From NCBI GenBank assembly GCA_003345595.1, contig PRDI01000101.1, positions 1 to 19,824 of the forward strand: DNA of 19,824 nt, in the 5' to 3' direction. The DNA comes from Candidatus Thorarchaeota archaeon. Its GTDB lineage: Archaea; Asgardarchaeota; Thorarchaeia; Thorarchaeales; Thorarchaeaceae. Of this stretch, positions 17,369 through 19,824 are shown piece after piece. How positions within the stretch are numbered: position 1 is the first letter of the stretch; each line of letters begins with the position of its first letter. The notes below the pieces were generated by a model. That model worked only from the letters and a program-made list of their open reading frames with translations. It made no database searches and was not told the origin of the DNA. Position numbers and translations under genes: made by a program.

Positions 17369-18964
17369 ATGGATCCGGTGCTTGGCTTCGCCCTGATAAT
17401 CTTCCCAATAGTCCTAGCACTCGTGATGCTCGTTTTCCTCCACAAAGCAGCAGACACAACAGGGGTGGTTGTGTGGCTCGTGACTGTGCTGATTGCCGTC
17501 TTCGCATTCCAGACTGATATCATGGTAGCACTGGTTTCCAGCGTCGCAGGTATTGTAAACTCGTTTCCGATCTCCCTCATGGTGGCAACCTCAATTCTGA
17601 TGATGACCTACATGCAAGAAACAGGAGCGCTTCAGAGACTGATCGTATTCTTCAAGACCCTCGGCGGAGGGAGTCGGCCGATGCAGATCATGATGATCAG
17701 TCTTGGTCTGGGTCTCTTTCTGGTGGGAATAGGAGCCACACCCGTTTCGATGTTGCCTCCGGTCATGCTGGCCTTGGGTTTCAGTCCACTTGTCGCCGTG
17801 GCATTGCCGGCAATAGGCTACGATCCTCTAACGACGTTCGCGCTCCTCGGAGTCCCGGCCGTTGTGTTCAGAGACACGTACTCCGCAGTTTCAGGCACTT
17901 CTGTGACTCTGTCCGAGGCTGGCGGCGTTTTTGCGCTTTATATGCCCGTCATAACGACGGGCATAGCGATCTCAATGCTCTGGATTGCAGGGGGTCGAAA
18001 GCTACTAGCTCAGAAGGAGGGACTTCTTCTCGCTGGCATTTGCGGCGTCACGGCGGGTTTCATTGCCATCGTGTGCAACACGGCATTCGTAAACCAGACC
18101 ACACTGACCGACGTGTTCGCGGGCGCCGCGGTGATGGCAGTGTTGTTTGCCTACAACAGAATAAGAAAGAGACCAATGATTGACAAGAGCGTACTCACGG
18201 AGAAGGACATTCAGGTCCAGCAGTCTTTGAGCTTGTCAAGAGCCAGCATACCATGGGTCATACTTGTTGTCCTGTGCCTTGTCACGAATCTCATTCCATC
18301 GGTCAAGGATTTGCTGTATAATCAGCTCGCCATGGGTATTGTCATCGATGGCTACCCACGCGCGATAAGCACACGTGTCCTGTGGCAGGCGTACACACTG
18401 ATGCTAGTTGCAACATTGGCGTCTATACCATTCCTCAAGAGAGACCGGGTGACTCTAAGGAATACACTCTCCAAGTTCTCCAAGAGAGCACCGAGACCGG
18501 TCCTTGCGGCTGCAATCTTCTTTGCGATGGCAGAAGTGATGAACTATAGCGGCTACTTCGTCAGTGTGGGTACATGGACATCCCCTGGCGACCCCAGCAA
18601 CAACATGATCTATCTCTTGGCCACGGCCACCTCGAGTACGTTGGGCATCGCCTACCCGCTCACAGCAGCCTTTCTTGGGCTCTTAGCCGGCTTTATCTCT
18701 GGTTCCGAAACCTCAGCGATTGCGATGTTCACGAAATACCACTATCAGGCGAGCACTCTGATCGGAGCCAACTCCTTAGTCGTTGCCGCTTCGAACGGGA
18801 TTGGAGGAGGACTCGCCAGTGTCTTGAGTCCAGCCAAGATCCAGAATGCCGCAGCAGTGATCGACCAGATCGGCATAGAAGGCCATGTTATTCGGTACGG
18901 TGTTGTTGTGGCAGTTCTCATGACTGCGGTCGTTGCAGTGATGACGATGTTTTGGGCATTCTGA
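17369..18964 (+). CDS. lctP: L-lactate permease (LctP) family transporter
   Basis: Polytopic hydrophobic protein with ETGA...I..F, LGFSPLVAV, F..LG.P, LG.LAGFISGSETS..AMF...Q and A.N.IGGGLAS.LSPAKI. It starts 4 nt after the SDR stop. Confidence 0.85.
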   Translation: MDPVLGFALIIFPIVLALVMLVFLHKAADTTGVVVWLVTVLIAVFAFQTDIMVALVSSVAGIVNSFPISLMVATSILMMTYMQETGALQRLIVFFKTLGGGSRPMQIMMISLGLGLFLVGIGATPVSMLPPVMLALGFSPLVAVALPAIGYDPLTTFALLGVPAVVFRDTYSAVSGTSVTLSEAGGVFALYMPVITTGIAISMLWIAGGRKLLAQKEGLLLAGICGVTAGFIAIVCNTAFVNQTTLTDVFAGAAVMAVLFAYNRIRKRPMIDKSVLTEKDIQVQQSLSLSRASIPWVILVVLCLVTNLIPSVKDLLYNQLAMGIVIDGYPRAISTRVLWQAYTLMLVATLASIPFLKRDRVTLRNTLSKFSKRAPRPVLAAAIFFAMAEVMNYSGYFVSVGTWTSPGDPSNNMIYLLATATSSTLGIAYPLTAAFLGLLAGFISGSETSAIAMFTKYHYQASTLIGANSLVVAASNGIGGGLASVLSPAKIQNAAAVIDQIGIEGHVIRYGVVVAVLMTAVVAVMTMFWAF

Positions 18965-19005
18965 ATGCCAGAAACGGATGGAATCTAGCGTTGAGGTGAC
19001 TTAGG

Positions 19006-19359
19006 TCAGGTCGAGGTGCCGATGTTTTGCGGGTAGGCTTGTGCCAACCGTGCCTTTCTCCGCCTCACGAATACAACCGCTACAACGACGACAAAGACAA
19101 CTAGGAATCCGACATAGGCCTCAGATGGAATCGCCGAACCAATGAACTCAACCACCAACCGACCGAGTGCGAGGACGATAATCGTTTCCACACAGTGACC
19201 AAGTAATGTCAAAGAGTCCGTGGCTGGGCGAAGCTTTGTTTCGATCCCACTTATTGTCATGTTGCCGCAGTAGCGGCAGAAGACCGTTCCGTCGAGTCTT
19301 ACTTCCTCTTGTGGGTAAGTGTATCTCCCGCCACAGTATTGGCATTCTGTTTCCGACAT
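19006..19359 (-). CDS. Small zinc-ribbon membrane protein (CxxC-x18-CxxC plus two hydrophobic segments)
   Basis: CQYCG...FCRYCG, then hydrophobic segments (TIIVLALG.LVV; AYVGFLVVFVVVVAVVFV) and a basic RRRKAR stretch. Confidence 0.7.
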   Translation of the reverse strand: MSETECQYCGGRYTYPQEEVRLDGTVFCRYCGNMTISGIETKLRPATDSLTLLGHCVETIIVLALGRLVVEFIGSAIPSEAYVGFLVVFVVVVAVVFVRRRKARLAQAYPQNIGTST

Positions 19360-19413
19360 GAGTCAGACCCGCGCCCTTCGACGAACACCCACTGAGAATC
19401 ACGCAACTGACGG

Positions 19414-19445
19414 TTTAAGGTTTCTGTTCCTCGGAACAGCTTAAG
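19414..19445. promoter_or_regulatory. Palindrome CTGTTCC-N2-GGAACAG between two TTAA-containing TATA-like boxes in a divergent intergenic region
   Basis: Perfect 7-bp inverted repeat at 19424-19439, flanked by TTTAAG (19414-19419) and CTTAAG (19440-19445). Confidence 0.5.
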
Positions 19446-19510
19446 AAGCGGAACGCGCACGTAGACGAGGCATCCCCCTTGCCAACAATCTGCGGGCAGA
19501 GGCGAAAGTG

Positions 19511-19824
19511 ATGAAGTGGGTGACTCGGAACAAACCTCATGTCGATCGCTGTGCATCCGCATGGCTCATCAAGAGATTCATCGATGAAGGCGCACGCTTC
19601 AGCTTCATCTCAAGAGACGATCCGATTCCCAAAGGTTCCGTTGCTTTCACGCTGCCAAACGCAGAGATAAGACCAGTTGAGGGAGCAAGGACAACCTATG
19701 ACGTTCTGCTAGAGAGATATGAGGTCGCAGACCCTGTCGCTATAAGAATAGGTATGCTTGTCCATGATTTCGAAGTTGACGCAGCTGAGGATCCAGACCG
19801 AGTCGCACACAAAGAAACACTGGG
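19511..19824 (+). CDS. Chromate-resistance ChrB C-terminal domain protein (stand-alone, ChrF-like), 3'-truncated by the window
   Basis: Manual translation: MKWVTRNKPHVDRCASAWLIKRFIDEGARFSF...TTYDVLLERYEVADP....IG.LVHDFE. WVTR..P.VDR.A.AWLI.RFID is the ChrB_C signature. The frame is open to the window end and is not in the ORF track. Confidence 0.88.
   Translation, partial: MKWVTRNKPHVDRCASAWLIKRFIDEGARFSFISRDDPIPKGSVAFTLPNAEIRPVEGARTTYDVLLERYEVADPVAIRIGMLVHDFEVDAAEDPDRVAHKETL

Overview
A gene-dense archaeal chromosomal segment, most plausibly Asgard (Thorarchaeota-like). The assignment is an inference from the Ig-like surface-protein repeats, the COG2522-type regulator and TATA-like promoters. 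In order it holds: a 5'-truncated hypothetical gene, RidA, carbamate kinase, a bacterial-type NAD+-dependent DNA ligase (LigA), a DHA2-type MFS exporter, an unannotated relic copy of the LigA BRCT 3' end, and two secreted/surface proteins (TolB-like propeller; DUF2341 + Ig-like + TM). A minus-strand cluster follows: Cys-rich HTH regulator, IscS-like, IscU, crotonase and secernin/C69 peptidase. The window ends with a VOC protein, an MBL-fold hydrolase, an extended SDR coupled to a lactate permease, a Zn-ribbon membrane protein and a 3'-truncated ChrB/ChrF-like gene. The most striking signal is the Fe-S cluster module. Its IscS keeps the persulfide/ligand Cys but has His in place of the PLP Schiff-base Lys and has lost other PLP/substrate contacts. 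It is coupled to an intact IscU and to a Cys-rich regulator with a candidate operator. No rRNA, tRNA, CRISPR array or transposase was recognised.
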